A stretch of 64,000 nucleotides of DNA, taken from NCBI GenBank assembly GCA_043808015.1, contig JAZDFI010000029.1:32001-96000 (forward strand). Reading direction: 5' to 3'. Below are positions 1 to 9,135 of the stretch, piece by piece. The notes beneath the pieces are model-generated. The model had not been told where the DNA came from. It searched no databases and saw only the letters and a program-made list of their open reading frames with translations. Source of the stretch: Candidatus Aenigmatarchaeota archaeon. GTDB taxonomy: Archaea; Aenigmatarchaeota; Aenigmatarchaeia; QMZP01; QMZT01. Each line of letters begins with the position of its first letter. Position 1 is the first letter of the stretch. A program made the translations under genes and the position numbers.

Positions 1-315
1 GTTTTTCTGTTTTTTGACCGACAGCATTTTTTCCACGGCGAGGCCGAGGTCGCCTGTTTTTCTGAATTCATTCTCCACTTCGCTTTGTGAAAACCCGGCG
101 GATGATGCAATCACCTTCATCATCAGCTTATCGGCAACACCCATCTCCTTTTCGGAATAAGGGGGAAAAACTTTACCCTGCATCAGCAGCACGACTTTGT
201 CGAGTGTTTTGGCATCCGCTTCCCTGAAGAAAGCTGCAATCTTCTCTATTTTGCTCAGGCGCGACGGAGTCTGCTCCAGATATTCGTAAAGCCCGACGAG
301 TTCAGAATATTTCAT
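1..315 (-). CDS. lig: ATP-dependent DNA ligase, N-terminal part (runs off window)
   Basis: Manual translation from ATG at 315: MKYSELVGLYEYLEQTPSRLSKIEKIAAFF...LMQGKVFPPYSEKEMGVADKL...FRKTGDLG, typical archaeal ligase DNA-binding domain; absent from the ORF track because truncated. Confidence 0.9.
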   Translation of the reverse strand, partial: MKYSELVGLYEYLEQTPSRLSKIEKIAAFFREADAKTLDKVVLLMQGKVFPPYSEKEMGVADKLMMKVIASSAGFSQSEVENEFRKTGDLGLAVEKMLSVKKQKN

Positions 316-363
316 GATAGAATATTGTTTTATGTTTTAATTTAATTAAAACACGGCCAACTA

Positions 364-1563
364 ATGTATATGAAAGGGCAGTTTTATTCTGCAATCGCAA
401 TACTCATCGCCATTCCCATCGTCGTATTCGTCACCCTTTATGTGGCCACCCAGGGCGGCGAGGATGGCATCTACCAGGCGATAGTCGCGGACCAGATACA
501 CCAAGTGGAATCGGGAATAGAAAACGATTTCGGCAAGGCCGTCGTGACGTCGGGAAAACGCGCCATGATAGCCGGCGACGACTATGTCGTCATGAGCGGC
601 AAAGCGCTTTCCGACGCCGCGGGCGGCGTGAAAGAACTGATGCAGTACGGCACGATAGAAGGCAACGAAAGCATACTCATGCACAATAATACCATATCCA
701 ACTGGACCAGCAAAATACTGGCCATACCGTCAAATTTCGACATCAACATAACTTACTGGGGCCTCGACGTCGCCGGTTCAGGTGCATTTCACATCAAAGC
801 TTCTGCGAGAATAAACGTTTCTGTCGCTGATGAGGTCGGCATCGCGCGCATAGACAAAATAGGAGAGTATTATGAAGCTCTTATTCCGATTGAGGGGGCC
901 GAAGATCCCGTATTCACCCTGAAAACAGGCGGCCTTGTCACCAGGACGGTCAAGCTTTCACCATATCCTTACAGGGCAAAAAAACTGGTGATTGGCGGCC
1001 TTAACTCGAGCGGCAACTGCACCGGCAACTTCACAATGAACAAGAGCGACTGCTCGTCAAAAATACTGGTTGCGGAAAACACGAGCGGTGTCGCTTTATC
1101 ATGCTTTTCCGGTTTCATAATAGAAACATCCATGAACCTCAGCTCCGATTCGGACTGTTACGTCACGGGCAACGGCAACGCAGTTGAATCTATAACACAA
1201 GCCCTCGCGGAAACGAATTACAATAAAATATACATAGACGGTCCGACAAAGGCGGCATGGCACCTGCCCATACGCGATGATATAGACGAGAAATATTATT
1301 TCAGCGGTGGTGGTCCGTTGTTTCTGAAGCGACTGGAAGGCAATCTCAACCAAACGCCCGATGGTCTGGAAACTTTTGTGAACCTGCCGGAACTGGAAAG
1401 CAACCAGATTCCGATAAAGCAGAACGTCATCTCCGTGGATTATATATATTTTGGGGGACAAGACTATATTGGGTATCCGGTGAGGGGTTTGCAGGGCTGG
1501 TTCAGGCTTAACAGGACTTTTACGGACAGGTATAATCTCACCGAGTTGTGCAATGGTTGTTGA
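364..1563 (+). CDS. Large pilin-like secreted protein with class III-type signal peptide
   Basis: N-terminus MKG/QFYSAIAILIAIPIVVFV (KG-Q then hydrophobic stretch), many N-x-S/T sequons, upstream of a pilus ATPase. Confidence 0.6.
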   Translation: MYMKGQFYSAIAILIAIPIVVFVTLYVATQGGEDGIYQAIVADQIHQVESGIENDFGKAVVTSGKRAMIAGDDYVVMSGKALSDAAGGVKELMQYGTIEGNESILMHNNTISNWTSKILAIPSNFDINITYWGLDVAGSGAFHIKASARINVSVADEVGIARIDKIGEYYEALIPIEGAEDPVFTLKTGGLVTRTVKLSPYPYRAKKLVIGGLNSSGNCTGNFTMNKSDCSSKILVAENTSGVALSCFSGFIIETSMNLSSDSDCYVTGNGNAVESITQALAETNYNKIYIDGPTKAAWHLPIRDDIDEKYYFSGGGPLFLKRLEGNLNQTPDGLETFVNLPELESNQIPIKQNVISVDYIYFGGQDYIGYPVRGLQGWFRLNRTFTDRYNLTELCNGC

Positions 1564-2416
1564 TATGAAAAAAGGGAAAGATGAAGTAACATCCACGGAA
1601 ACAAAAGATAAAGCTACAGGCGAAAATACAAAGGGTTCCGGGAAGAACGATATTCTGGAAAAGAAGTGGGAGAATCTTGTGAAAGAGTCCACAAAGGATT
1701 CTAAACAGACCAAAGACGCGGGCACGAAAGGCGAAGCGCTGAAAGGGGATTTGAAAAAAGAGGTGCCAAAGCACGAAAAACCGGCCAAAGAATCACCTGC
1801 AAAAAAAGAAGCTGCTCGAAAAAAAACAGAGTGGACAGAAGATGATGGGACGGACGATGATGAAAAATCGACCTATAATAAAAAGAAAGGCGTAATAAAA
1901 GACCATCTGGAAACCGATGTAGATAAACTCTACGAGCTCGCCAGGGACAGGGGAATAATAAAAATAAACGAAGCTGCAAAATTACTGAAAATAGATATAG
2001 ATCAGATCGAAGAATGGGGCAGGATACTGGAAGAGCACAAACTGGTGCGATTACGTTATCCGCCTGTCGGTGAGCCGGTTCTGATACTGAAAAAATTCAT
2101 GACTGACACCGAAAAAATAAAGGAGATAAAGCAAAAAATAAAACTGAAACCGAGGAAGAGGGTGTTCATGATAAACATTATCATACTCGCCTGCTTCATC
2201 GTCGCCGTGTCATTCTATACCATAAGATTCGGGGCCATACGCATCACTTACACCCAAGCTTATTTAGCGGCGGCCGTAATTATTATAATAGCCGGGGTTT
2301 TGATTTTCAAGTTCAAAATAAAGAAAAGGGTAAAAAAAGATGATAAAAAAAATACCGAGACTTCCTCAGAAGGATCCCAAGGGGACCATGGAAAGCCAGC
2401 CAGAAAACCGGCCTGA
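1553..2416 (+). CDS. Membrane protein: charged low-complexity N-terminus, winged-helix-like module, two C-terminal TM helices
   Basis: K/E/D-rich first ~115 aa; LETDVDKLYEL...EEWGRILEEHKLV..YP segment; two hydrophobic segments; overlaps both neighbours. Confidence 0.6.
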   Translation: MVVDMKKGKDEVTSTETKDKATGENTKGSGKNDILEKKWENLVKESTKDSKQTKDAGTKGEALKGDLKKEVPKHEKPAKESPAKKEAARKKTEWTEDDGTDDDEKSTYNKKKGVIKDHLETDVDKLYELARDRGIIKINEAAKLLKIDIDQIEEWGRILEEHKLVRLRYPPVGEPVLILKKFMTDTEKIKEIKQKIKLKPRKRVFMINIIILACFIVAVSFYTIRFGAIRITYTQAYLAAAVIIIIAGVLIFKFKIKKRVKKDDKKNTETSSEGSQGDHGKPARKPA

Positions 2417-3899
2417 GGAAAGAAAAATAATAGAGGATTACAGCATAGATTATCAGAATGTATCGGCCTCCGTTAAAATATATCACGACCCGCAGGAATA
2501 CGTTCCTATTTATGACCTCAAATACCCCAAGATAGAGGAAGCCACATGGGCGATTCTCGACTCCATCAGGGAAAAAATAGTCACCGAGCTCGCTTTCAGG
2601 ACGGACGACATTCTGAGCACCGAAGAAACCGGGGACGTCAAGAAAAAATTCGTGCAGAAGGCCACCACCCTTATTCATGCGGAACTGCCAAGCCTGTCGA
2701 AAAACGACGTCGGCATACTTGTCGGCATTCTTTCCCAGGAATCGCTTGGCCTTGGCCCGATAGAATTCATGCTTAAAGACAATGACCTCGAAGAGATAGT
2801 CATAAACAACGCCAAGGAACCCATATGGGTTTATCACAGGACTTACGGCTGGCTGAAGTCGAATGTTATACTGAGCGACGAAACCAAAATATATAATTAT
2901 TCCGCACAGATAGGCAGGAAGGTCGGGACCCAGATAACAAATCTCAATCCCCTCATGGATGCTTATCTGACGACAGGCGACAGGGCCAACGCGACACTTT
3001 TTCCGATATCGTCAAAGGGCAACACGTTAACGATAAGAAAATTCGCCAGAAGGCCATGGACCATAACGGATTTCATAGAAACGAACACGATAACCCCGGA
3101 AGTCGCGGCATTTCTCTGGCTGGCTATACAGTTCGAAATGAACATCGTCTGCACTGGAGGCACGGCTTCGGGCAAGACGTCTTTCCTCAATGTATTGTGC
3201 ATGTTCATCCCGCCGAGCCAGCGCATCCTATCCATCGAGGATACGAGAGAAATCCAGCTTCCGCCATTCCTCCACTGGGTCCCCATGACTACGAGGCCGC
3301 CGAACATTGAAGGTAAAGGCGAGGTCACAATGCTTCAACTCATGATAAACGCGCTTAGAATGCGCCCCGACAGGATGATAGTCGGCGAGATACGCCGTTC
3401 GAAGGAAGCAGAAGTCCTGTTCGAGGCTATAAACACAGGCCACTCTGTTTACTCCACGCTTCACGCCAACACCAGCGAAGAAACGCTCAAGCGTCTCATC
3501 AACCCGCCCATAAACATTCCCATGTCGCTTCTCACGTCGCTCCAGCTGATAGCGGTCATGCACAGGGACAGGCGCAGGAGAATAAGAAGGGTTCTTGAGA
3601 TAACCGAGCTCATACCTTCCGGTGGGCTGGACGAAATGAAAATCGAACTGAACAACGTGTTCAGATGGATACCATCCAAGGACCAGATAGTCGAATGGGG
3701 TAAATCGAACCGCGTCCTCAATGACATCAAGCTATTTTCCGGGATGGAAGATAATGAAATAAAGAAAAATCTCGAGGAAAAAAAGAGCATTCTGATGTGG
3801 CTGGTAAAAAACAAAGTCAACACGATAGATAAAGTTGGCAGTACGATATCCGATTACTATAAGGACCAGGAAAAGATTCTCAGAATGATAAAGAAATAG
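2340..3899 (+). CDS. Type IV pilus/type II secretion ATPase (TadA/CpaF/ArlI family)
   Basis: Walker A GGTASGKT, SIEDTRE, LRMRPDRMIVGEIR, TGH..STLHA; start may be the later ATG at 2388. Confidence 0.93.
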   Translation: MIKKIPRLPQKDPKGTMESQPENRPEERKIIEDYSIDYQNVSASVKIYHDPQEYVPIYDLKYPKIEEATWAILDSIREKIVTELAFRTDDILSTEETGDVKKKFVQKATTLIHAELPSLSKNDVGILVGILSQESLGLGPIEFMLKDNDLEEIVINNAKEPIWVYHRTYGWLKSNVILSDETKIYNYSAQIGRKVGTQITNLNPLMDAYLTTGDRANATLFPISSKGNTLTIRKFARRPWTITDFIETNTITPEVAAFLWLAIQFEMNIVCTGGTASGKTSFLNVLCMFIPPSQRILSIEDTREIQLPPFLHWVPMTTRPPNIEGKGEVTMLQLMINALRMRPDRMIVGEIRRSKEAEVLFEAINTGHSVYSTLHANTSEETLKRLINPPINIPMSLLTSLQLIAVMHRDRRRRIRRVLEITELIPSGGLDEMKIELNNVFRWIPSKDQIVEWGKSNRVLNDIKLFSGMEDNEIKKNLEEKKSILMWLVKNKVNTIDKVGSTISDYYKDQEKILRMIKK

Positions 3900-3900
3900 G

Positions 3901-4482
3901 CTACCTGTACATCGTCTGGGTGTTCTCAAACCTGGGCACAAATATCCTGTATTTGTCCTTGTCTTCGAGCTCCTCTAGAATTCTCTTTATAATCATTTTT
4001 TCCGGGTCGGGCAGCATGCTGACACGCTTCTTCATGTCTTCAAAACTCGCGAATGCGTTTTCTTTTCTCGCGGAGAGTATTTCCCATAGATGTTTCTTGC
4101 CTATGCCGGGAAGCAGTTCCAGCTGATGGAGTCTGGTTGTTATGGGCCCGGCCTTGTTAAAGAAATCCAGAAACTTCTGCGGCGTGGATTTAACTAAGCT
4201 CTCGACTATGTCCGATACCTCTTCTTTTGATGCGGTCGTCAGGTCTTTGTAATCTATTCTTCTTTTGATGAACTTGACCTCGTCCCTTTTGCCGTCGCCA
4301 ATATAAACAGGGGTACCGACTTTCAGGTAAACTCCTTCCCTGACTATCACCTCGAGCAGTGAAAAATACAGCTCCCCTATAACCTGGGCCACGGGTTGGG
4401 AAACTTTCATGCCGTAATAGCCGTGCGGAAGGTAATCAAGCACTATCGCCTTCTCATCCTTCTTGATTTCTCTCTGAATCAT
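3901..4482 (-). CDS. DUF655 family putative RNA-binding protein
   Basis: VLDYLPHG, RLHQLELLPGIGKKH (HhH) motifs; conserved position after rpl21e-rpoF. Confidence 0.9.
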   Translation of the reverse strand: MIQREIKKDEKAIVLDYLPHGYYGMKVSQPVAQVIGELYFSLLEVIVREGVYLKVGTPVYIGDGKRDEVKFIKRRIDYKDLTTASKEEVSDIVESLVKSTPQKFLDFFNKAGPITTRLHQLELLPGIGKKHLWEILSARKENAFASFEDMKKRVSMLPDPEKMIIKRILEELEDKDKYRIFVPRFENTQTMYR

Positions 4483-4528
4483 CCTTCCGCTCCCTTTTTT
4501 ATAAAGTTAGAATGCGTCTTTAAAAGCG

Positions 4529-4855
4529 CTACTTGTTGTCTTTTATAATTTTGATTATTTTTTTCTTGTCGTCCTCTGTCAAAACTAGTCTGTCGTTGGC
4601 AAACAAAACCCTGATGTCGTTCTGGTTGTCAGGCAGGAAATTTATTATGGTGACTATGTGCCTCTCTTTGAGCTTTTCTATGCCCCGGAGTTCCTCCACT
4701 ATCTTCTCGTATTTTTTGTCCGGGAGCTTGCAGAATTTTCTAAGGTGGTCCAGAGCGTTCTTCTGCTCGTAAACAAGCTCCTTCTTCTTCTCGCTTTCAG
4801 AAAGTATTTTTTTGGCGTCTGTCCAGCTCGTCACTTTTTCGTCTTTAACATTCAT
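4529..4855 (-). CDS. rpoF: RNA polymerase subunit F (Rpo4)
   Basis: ELVYEQKNALDHLRKF and P...DIRVLF motifs; rpl21e-rpoF-DUF655 synteny. Confidence 0.88.
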   Translation of the reverse strand: MNVKDEKVTSWTDAKKILSESEKKKELVYEQKNALDHLRKFCKLPDKKYEKIVEELRGIEKLKERHIVTIINFLPDNQNDIRVLFANDRLVLTEDDKKKIIKIIKDNK

Positions 4856-4863
4856 GAAACCAC

Positions 4864-5151
4864 CTACTTTTTCAGGACCAGATGTTCCGGCCTGGATATT
4901 ACTTCTTTCAGGCTGTTGCCTATCTTTATCTGCACCACGTAAGCATCGCCTCGCCTCGCCTTTATCACTCCGGTCAGGCCCTTGAACTTGGGAAAGGGCA
5001 TGCCCTTGTGCGACGATGGATTTGGTTTAAGCGTCACCCTGTCGTGTACCTTGAATTCCGTAAGGTATGGGGTGACCTTGAATTTGTGCCTGAGCGTCGC
5101 CTTCAGCTTCCTTCTTGTGGCTCTCCTGAATCCCATTGTAGCTCTTACCAT
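4864..5151 (-). CDS. rpl21e: 50S ribosomal protein eL21
   Basis: GFRRATRRKL, PSSHKGMP..KFKGLTG, K..ISRPEHL; start taken at MVRAT (5151). Confidence 0.95.
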   Translation of the reverse strand: MVRATMGFRRATRRKLKATLRHKFKVTPYLTEFKVHDRVTLKPNPSSHKGMPFPKFKGLTGVIKARRGDAYVVQIKIGNSLKEVISRPEHLVLKK

Positions 5152-5155
5152 ATTA

Positions 5156-6316
5156 TCATCCTTTTTTGATGCCAATCAGGTCGAATTCCTTCATACGCGC
5201 CTGGTTTTCAAGAACCTGCGATATTGAAGGTTTCGTCCTGCCGCCGTCGCCGGTTACGAGTTCCTGCAGGTATAAGCCGGACTCCGCGGTTATATCAAAT
5301 TGGTATCTTTTAGTATTAATCCTTTTCCATTTTATGCTTTTAACCTTTTTATGCTTTGTTTTGTCGGGTTTTGCCCCCAGAATTCTGCTGGGCGTCCGCT
5401 GTTTTATGGCGCCTACTATGCCTTTGAGGCGCTCCGGTTTTTCCACGGGTGCCTCGAAATCCACCACGACCCTGTAGACCTTGAATGGGTTCTGGGCCTT
5501 GAGCTCGGCCACTTTTTTCCTGGAGGAAAGGCGAAGCCTAGCGACCTTGACTTTAGCGCTTTTGTTTATGGCGCTCTCCATCTTTCGCAGCAGCAAGCTT
5601 CTTTTGAGCGGCTGCTTCAGCTCCACGATGAACGGCCTCCATGCCAGGCATCTGGCATCCCTGTCCTCCCTGCCTTGCGCGTGCAGTACATGGCTCGTCG
5701 CTAGCGACGCCTTCATGAGCGGCCGGGCTATGATATCCTCTACCGAATCCTTGAACTGCCTCGAACTCGTCTGCGGGAGGCCGCGGAAGAGCTTTTTGTA
5801 TTCACCATAGATAAATAGCGGGTTGTAAAAAATCTCAGCCGACATTTTATGCACGTCGAACGTTATGATTATGTCCGGACGCTCGTTATCCTGTTTCTTG
5901 CCGGTTTTCTGCGCTATTATTTTTCCAAGTTCTCTCGCGATTTCGGCTTTCAGCGGCTCGCAGTATTTTATGCCGATTTTCCCCCACAACGCTTCTTCTT
6001 TCATGACGAGCGAATCGCTCATCCTGACGCCTATCATGAAAGTCGAAAAACCGGCAGGCTTAATCTTATTGGCGATGCTCGCAGCCGCCGCCGCTATTCC
6101 GGCTATTGCATTTTCGCACAACGGGCACGAGGCATCTTTATGGGCGGGCTGTGCACGCCCGTCTTTGGTCAGCATGGCGCGTATCTTACTGCCTCTCTCG
6201 CTATTGTCCGCCGCCCTGATGACCCCGGCGAACTGCCTGCCGAGGCATGAGTCGCACACGTCACCCGTCTCAAAAATTCTCAGCACTAGCGACGTTATCT
6301 CTTTGACATTTTTCAT
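5156..6316 (-). CDS. pus10: tRNA pseudouridine synthase Pus10 (divergent)
   Basis: CDSCLGR zinc motif, GREDRDAR catalytic motif, QRTP, GDGGRTKPS; conserved position upstream of rpl21e. Confidence 0.88.
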   Translation of the reverse strand: MKNVKEITSLVLRIFETGDVCDSCLGRQFAGVIRAADNSERGSKIRAMLTKDGRAQPAHKDASCPLCENAIAGIAAAAASIANKIKPAGFSTFMIGVRMSDSLVMKEEALWGKIGIKYCEPLKAEIARELGKIIAQKTGKKQDNERPDIIITFDVHKMSAEIFYNPLFIYGEYKKLFRGLPQTSSRQFKDSVEDIIARPLMKASLATSHVLHAQGREDRDARCLAWRPFIVELKQPLKRSLLLRKMESAINKSAKVKVARLRLSSRKKVAELKAQNPFKVYRVVVDFEAPVEKPERLKGIVGAIKQRTPSRILGAKPDKTKHKKVKSIKWKRINTKRYQFDITAESGLYLQELVTGDGGRTKPSISQVLENQARMKEFDLIGIKKG

Positions 6317-6340
6317 AATACCATCTTGTCCGCCTTGTTT

Positions 6341-7093
6341 TTAAGCTATTTTAAGGCCGAAAACCCTGACCGCGTTTTCCTTGGCGGCGCGCAGGACGCT
6401 CTCGGTGGTATCGCCGCGCAATTCGGCTATCTTGGCAGCGGAAAGCTTTATGTTCCACGGGTAGTTGCGCGGATCCTGCTCCTTGTTCGGAGAAAGGAAC
6501 GGTGAGTCGGTCTCAAGAAGCAGCCTGTCGAGAGGTATATAGCTAGCGATTTTGCGTATGTTTTTTGAGAAAAGCACCATAGTGGAAACGGATACATAAA
6601 ACCCGCGCTCCGTTATTTCTTTCGCCAGCTCTCTGGGCCCGGAAAAGCAATGGAAAACCGCTTCGACGCCCGCGTCTTTGACCATTTCGAAACACTCGCT
6701 TTCCGCGTCCCACGAGTGTATGACCAGCGGCTTTCCGAGGGTTTTAGCAAGCTTTATAAAAAGCGAAAATATCTCCGCCTGTTTCGCCTGTTTGGATGCG
6801 TCTTTTTCCCAGTGGTGGTCAAGGCCAACCTCGCCGACGCCGACAATCCTGTCTGCGTTTTCCTTTATCAGATGCATTATTTTTTCAGGGTCGCCACCCT
6901 CGGTTGGATGGTAACCGAGCGTCGGAAATATGAAGCCTTGGTTTTTTCTGGACAGCTCCAGGGCTTTCACGCCTTCATCGTATCTGGCCGTCCCTACTAT
7001 GACTGCTGCCAGTTCGCTACGACATCTCGCTAGCGTTTCATGCATGTCCTTATCGTAATCCCCGAAACACAAATGAGCATGCACGTCGATCAT
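6341..7093 (-). CDS. tatD: TatD family hydrolase/nuclease
   Basis: DVHAH, GEVGLD, HCFSG, LLETDSP. Confidence 0.93.
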   Translation of the reverse strand: MIDVHAHLCFGDYDKDMHETLARCRSELAAVIVGTARYDEGVKALELSRKNQGFIFPTLGYHPTEGGDPEKIMHLIKENADRIVGVGEVGLDHHWEKDASKQAKQAEIFSLFIKLAKTLGKPLVIHSWDAESECFEMVKDAGVEAVFHCFSGPRELAKEITERGFYVSVSTMVLFSKNIRKIASYIPLDRLLLETDSPFLSPNKEQDPRNYPWNIKLSAAKIAELRGDTTESVLRAAKENAVRVFGLKIA

Positions 7094-7863
7094 GCGTTAT
7101 CTCCCCCGAAAAAATAAACCAGCGCCTCTTCTATGCTTTTAACTTCCTTTATTTCAATGCCGGTTTCCTTGGCTATATCGACGCTGACCGGCACGTTATC
7201 CGTGGTGCACACGGGCGCGGGACCTGCCTGATCGCAGTATTTTCTGGTATCATAAATTATTTCGGTGCTCTGGCCGCTTGGCACGAGAAACGTGCTCATG
7301 CCGGCTTCCTTTGCAGCCTTTGCCTTGGCCAGCACGTGACTTACATGCCCTATTGTGCCATCCTCGTTTATTGTCCCGGTTATCACGATACGCGCGTCAA
7401 TTTCCTTTCCCGTCAGCGAAGCTACCGTGACTATCGCTAGCGCAGCGCCTGCCGACGGACCTTCTACCGACGTCGATTCTGTCTCAATATTGTATATTAT
7501 ATCATATTTTGAAAGGTTCATGCCAGTTATGTTCGAGGCGACTTTGCTTGAAACACGTATGGAGTTCTGTGTGTCGGTCCAGAAAAGCATTTTGTCTATG
7601 TTGGCCAGAACCCTCCCATCGCCTTCGCTGGTCTGGACCGTGAGTTTCGCTAACATGCCAAAGCCATCGTCGTCCACTGCGGGGATGAGTATTGACGCTG
7701 ATGCATTGTGGCTTTCGTTTAATGATGTGTAAGGCATGTAATTCATAACTCCAACTAGGTAACCAGTCATGAATATCGCGGCCGCGGAGAATATTATCGC
7801 GCATGTTCCGGCCTTGTTGCGGGGCTTCTTTTTTTTCACGGCGTCCTTCCTGTATTTATGCAT
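7090..7863 (-). CDS. Membrane-anchored S16 (Lon-like) serine protease
   Basis: N-terminal TM; EGPSAG catalytic Ser, TGTINEDGTIG, downstream Lys in LAKAKAA; start trimmed to ATG 7863 because the longer ORF runs into the SRP RNA. Confidence 0.85.
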   Translation of the reverse strand: MHKYRKDAVKKKKPRNKAGTCAIIFSAAAIFMTGYLVGVMNYMPYTSLNESHNASASILIPAVDDDGFGMLAKLTVQTSEGDGRVLANIDKMLFWTDTQNSIRVSSKVASNITGMNLSKYDIIYNIETESTSVEGPSAGAALAIVTVASLTGKEIDARIVITGTINEDGTIGHVSHVLAKAKAAKEAGMSTFLVPSGQSTEIIYDTRKYCDQAGPAPVCTTDNVPVSVDIAKETGIEIKEVKSIEEALVYFFGGDNA

Positions 7864-7887
7864 AAAACCACGAGAGCGCTGCGGGTC

Positions 7888-7901
7888 TATATATTTAAAT
7901 A
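7888..7901. promoter_or_regulatory. TATA-like element between SRP RNA and divergent S16 protease gene
   Basis: TATATATTTAAATA about 20-30 nt from both predicted 5' ends. Confidence 0.55.
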
Positions 7902-7919
7902 CGGCCTCTCGGATTATTA

Positions 7920-8204
7920 ATGCAGGGGCCTCCAACCATGGGGCTAGGCCTACCGTACCTTCGGGTGGCAAACGGTCTTCACGGCCGGTTGTAGTTTGCG
8001 GATGGTTTTGCGCTGAGCTGCAAAGCCCAGACTGCCAACGTAGAAGCCTTGTCCTGCAGGATCATCTTCATGGCGAACCGGGTCAGGGTCGGAAGACAGC
8101 AGCTCTAAGTCATGTCGGCGGTGCTTGCAGGGTAGCAGGGTGGAGAAGGCAATCAGGTTAACTTTCGGTTTTGTGCAAAGTCTACCGCAAACATGTCCCT
8201 GCAT
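7920..8204 (+). ncRNA. ffs: Signal recognition particle (7S) RNA
   Basis: Helix 8 signature CCGGGTCAGGGTCGGAAGACAGCAG (8078-8102), conserved GCCAACGTAGAAGCC, terminal helix ATGCAGGG/CCCTGCAT. Confidence 0.92.
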
Positions 8205-8255
8205 TTTGTTTCGCTAGTGCGGGCCGCTTTTTATATGCGAATGTAATATTTTAAT

Positions 8256-9134
8256 ATGTCTTCCTTTTACAGAAAAATTTCCCTGCTTTTTTTCGGAGGG
8301 ATGGTCAACAAAAACATAGAATCTTTCAGGCCGCTCGAACCGCATATAAGAAACGCCAACATGAAAATCCTGCTGAAGACATGGATCAGCATGCTGTTTT
8401 TTTCGACGGCCCTCGCTTTTATTGCGTCTTTCGCCGCTATATACGTCCTGCTTTCATACGTTTTCCGGGTGGAATTTTACATATACATATTCAGCGTCAT
8501 ATTCTTTCCCGTGTTCGTCGCGTCGCTCGTATTCATATCGTTTTACCTGTATCCGGTTCAGAAGGAGCGGTCGAGACAAAAATCGATTGATAACAACCTG
8601 CCTTTCGCTATAACTCACATGGCCGCTATTTCATCGTCCGGCATACCCACAGAGTTCATGTTCGAGCTGCTGACTGGTTTCAAGGAATACGGGGAGATAA
8701 CACAAGACGCGAAGCTCATAATGCGCAACATAAAAACGTTCGGCATGAGCTCGGTCGACGCGATGAAGGAAGTCGCCGATCGTACGCCATCGCAGGCTTT
8801 CAGGGAATTACTGCTTGGCATAGTCAACACCACAGAAACCGGTGGGGATATGATAGAATATCTCCACGGCATGGCGGAGAAGGCGCTTTTCGATTACAGA
8901 ATAAAAAGGGAGAAATACCTCAAAACGCTTTCTACGTATGCCGACATATACACCGCCCTGCTCGTGGCGGCGCCTCTGATGATGCTGTCGATGTTGGCAT
9001 CGATGAGTATAATAGGTGGCAGTATAATGGGCCTTACCATAGAAGAGCTGATATTGCTCATGACGTGGGTTTTGCTGCCCGTGATGAATATGGGATTCCT
9101 GGCATTCATCCATGTCACATATCCCGGTGTGTAA
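8256..9134 (+). CDS. Type II secretion F / TadC-like pilus platform membrane protein
   Basis: IDNNLPFAITHMAAISSSG, EYGEI, RTPS, TGGD motifs; multiple TMs. Confidence 0.9.
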   Translation: MSSFYRKISLLFFGGMVNKNIESFRPLEPHIRNANMKILLKTWISMLFFSTALAFIASFAAIYVLLSYVFRVEFYIYIFSVIFFPVFVASLVFISFYLYPVQKERSRQKSIDNNLPFAITHMAAISSSGIPTEFMFELLTGFKEYGEITQDAKLIMRNIKTFGMSSVDAMKEVADRTPSQAFRELLLGIVNTTETGGDMIEYLHGMAEKALFDYRIKREKYLKTLSTYADIYTALLVAAPLMMLSMLASMSIIGGSIMGLTIEELILLMTWVLLPVMNMGFLAFIHVTYPGV

Positions 9135-9135
9135 A

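Noticed and set aside
1553-1900. Tandem repeat or mobile element in the A-rich stretch
   Set aside because: Explained by Lys/Glu-rich low-complexity coding; no exact repeat unit or terminal repeats
7769-8204. ORFs 7769-8161(+), 7950-8204(-) and the N-terminal extension of 7090-7971
   Set aside because: They overlap the SRP RNA and have no recognisable protein motifs
7920-8204. RNase P RNA interpretation
   Set aside because: No GAGGAAAGTCC-type P4 motif; the SRP helix 8 signature is present instead
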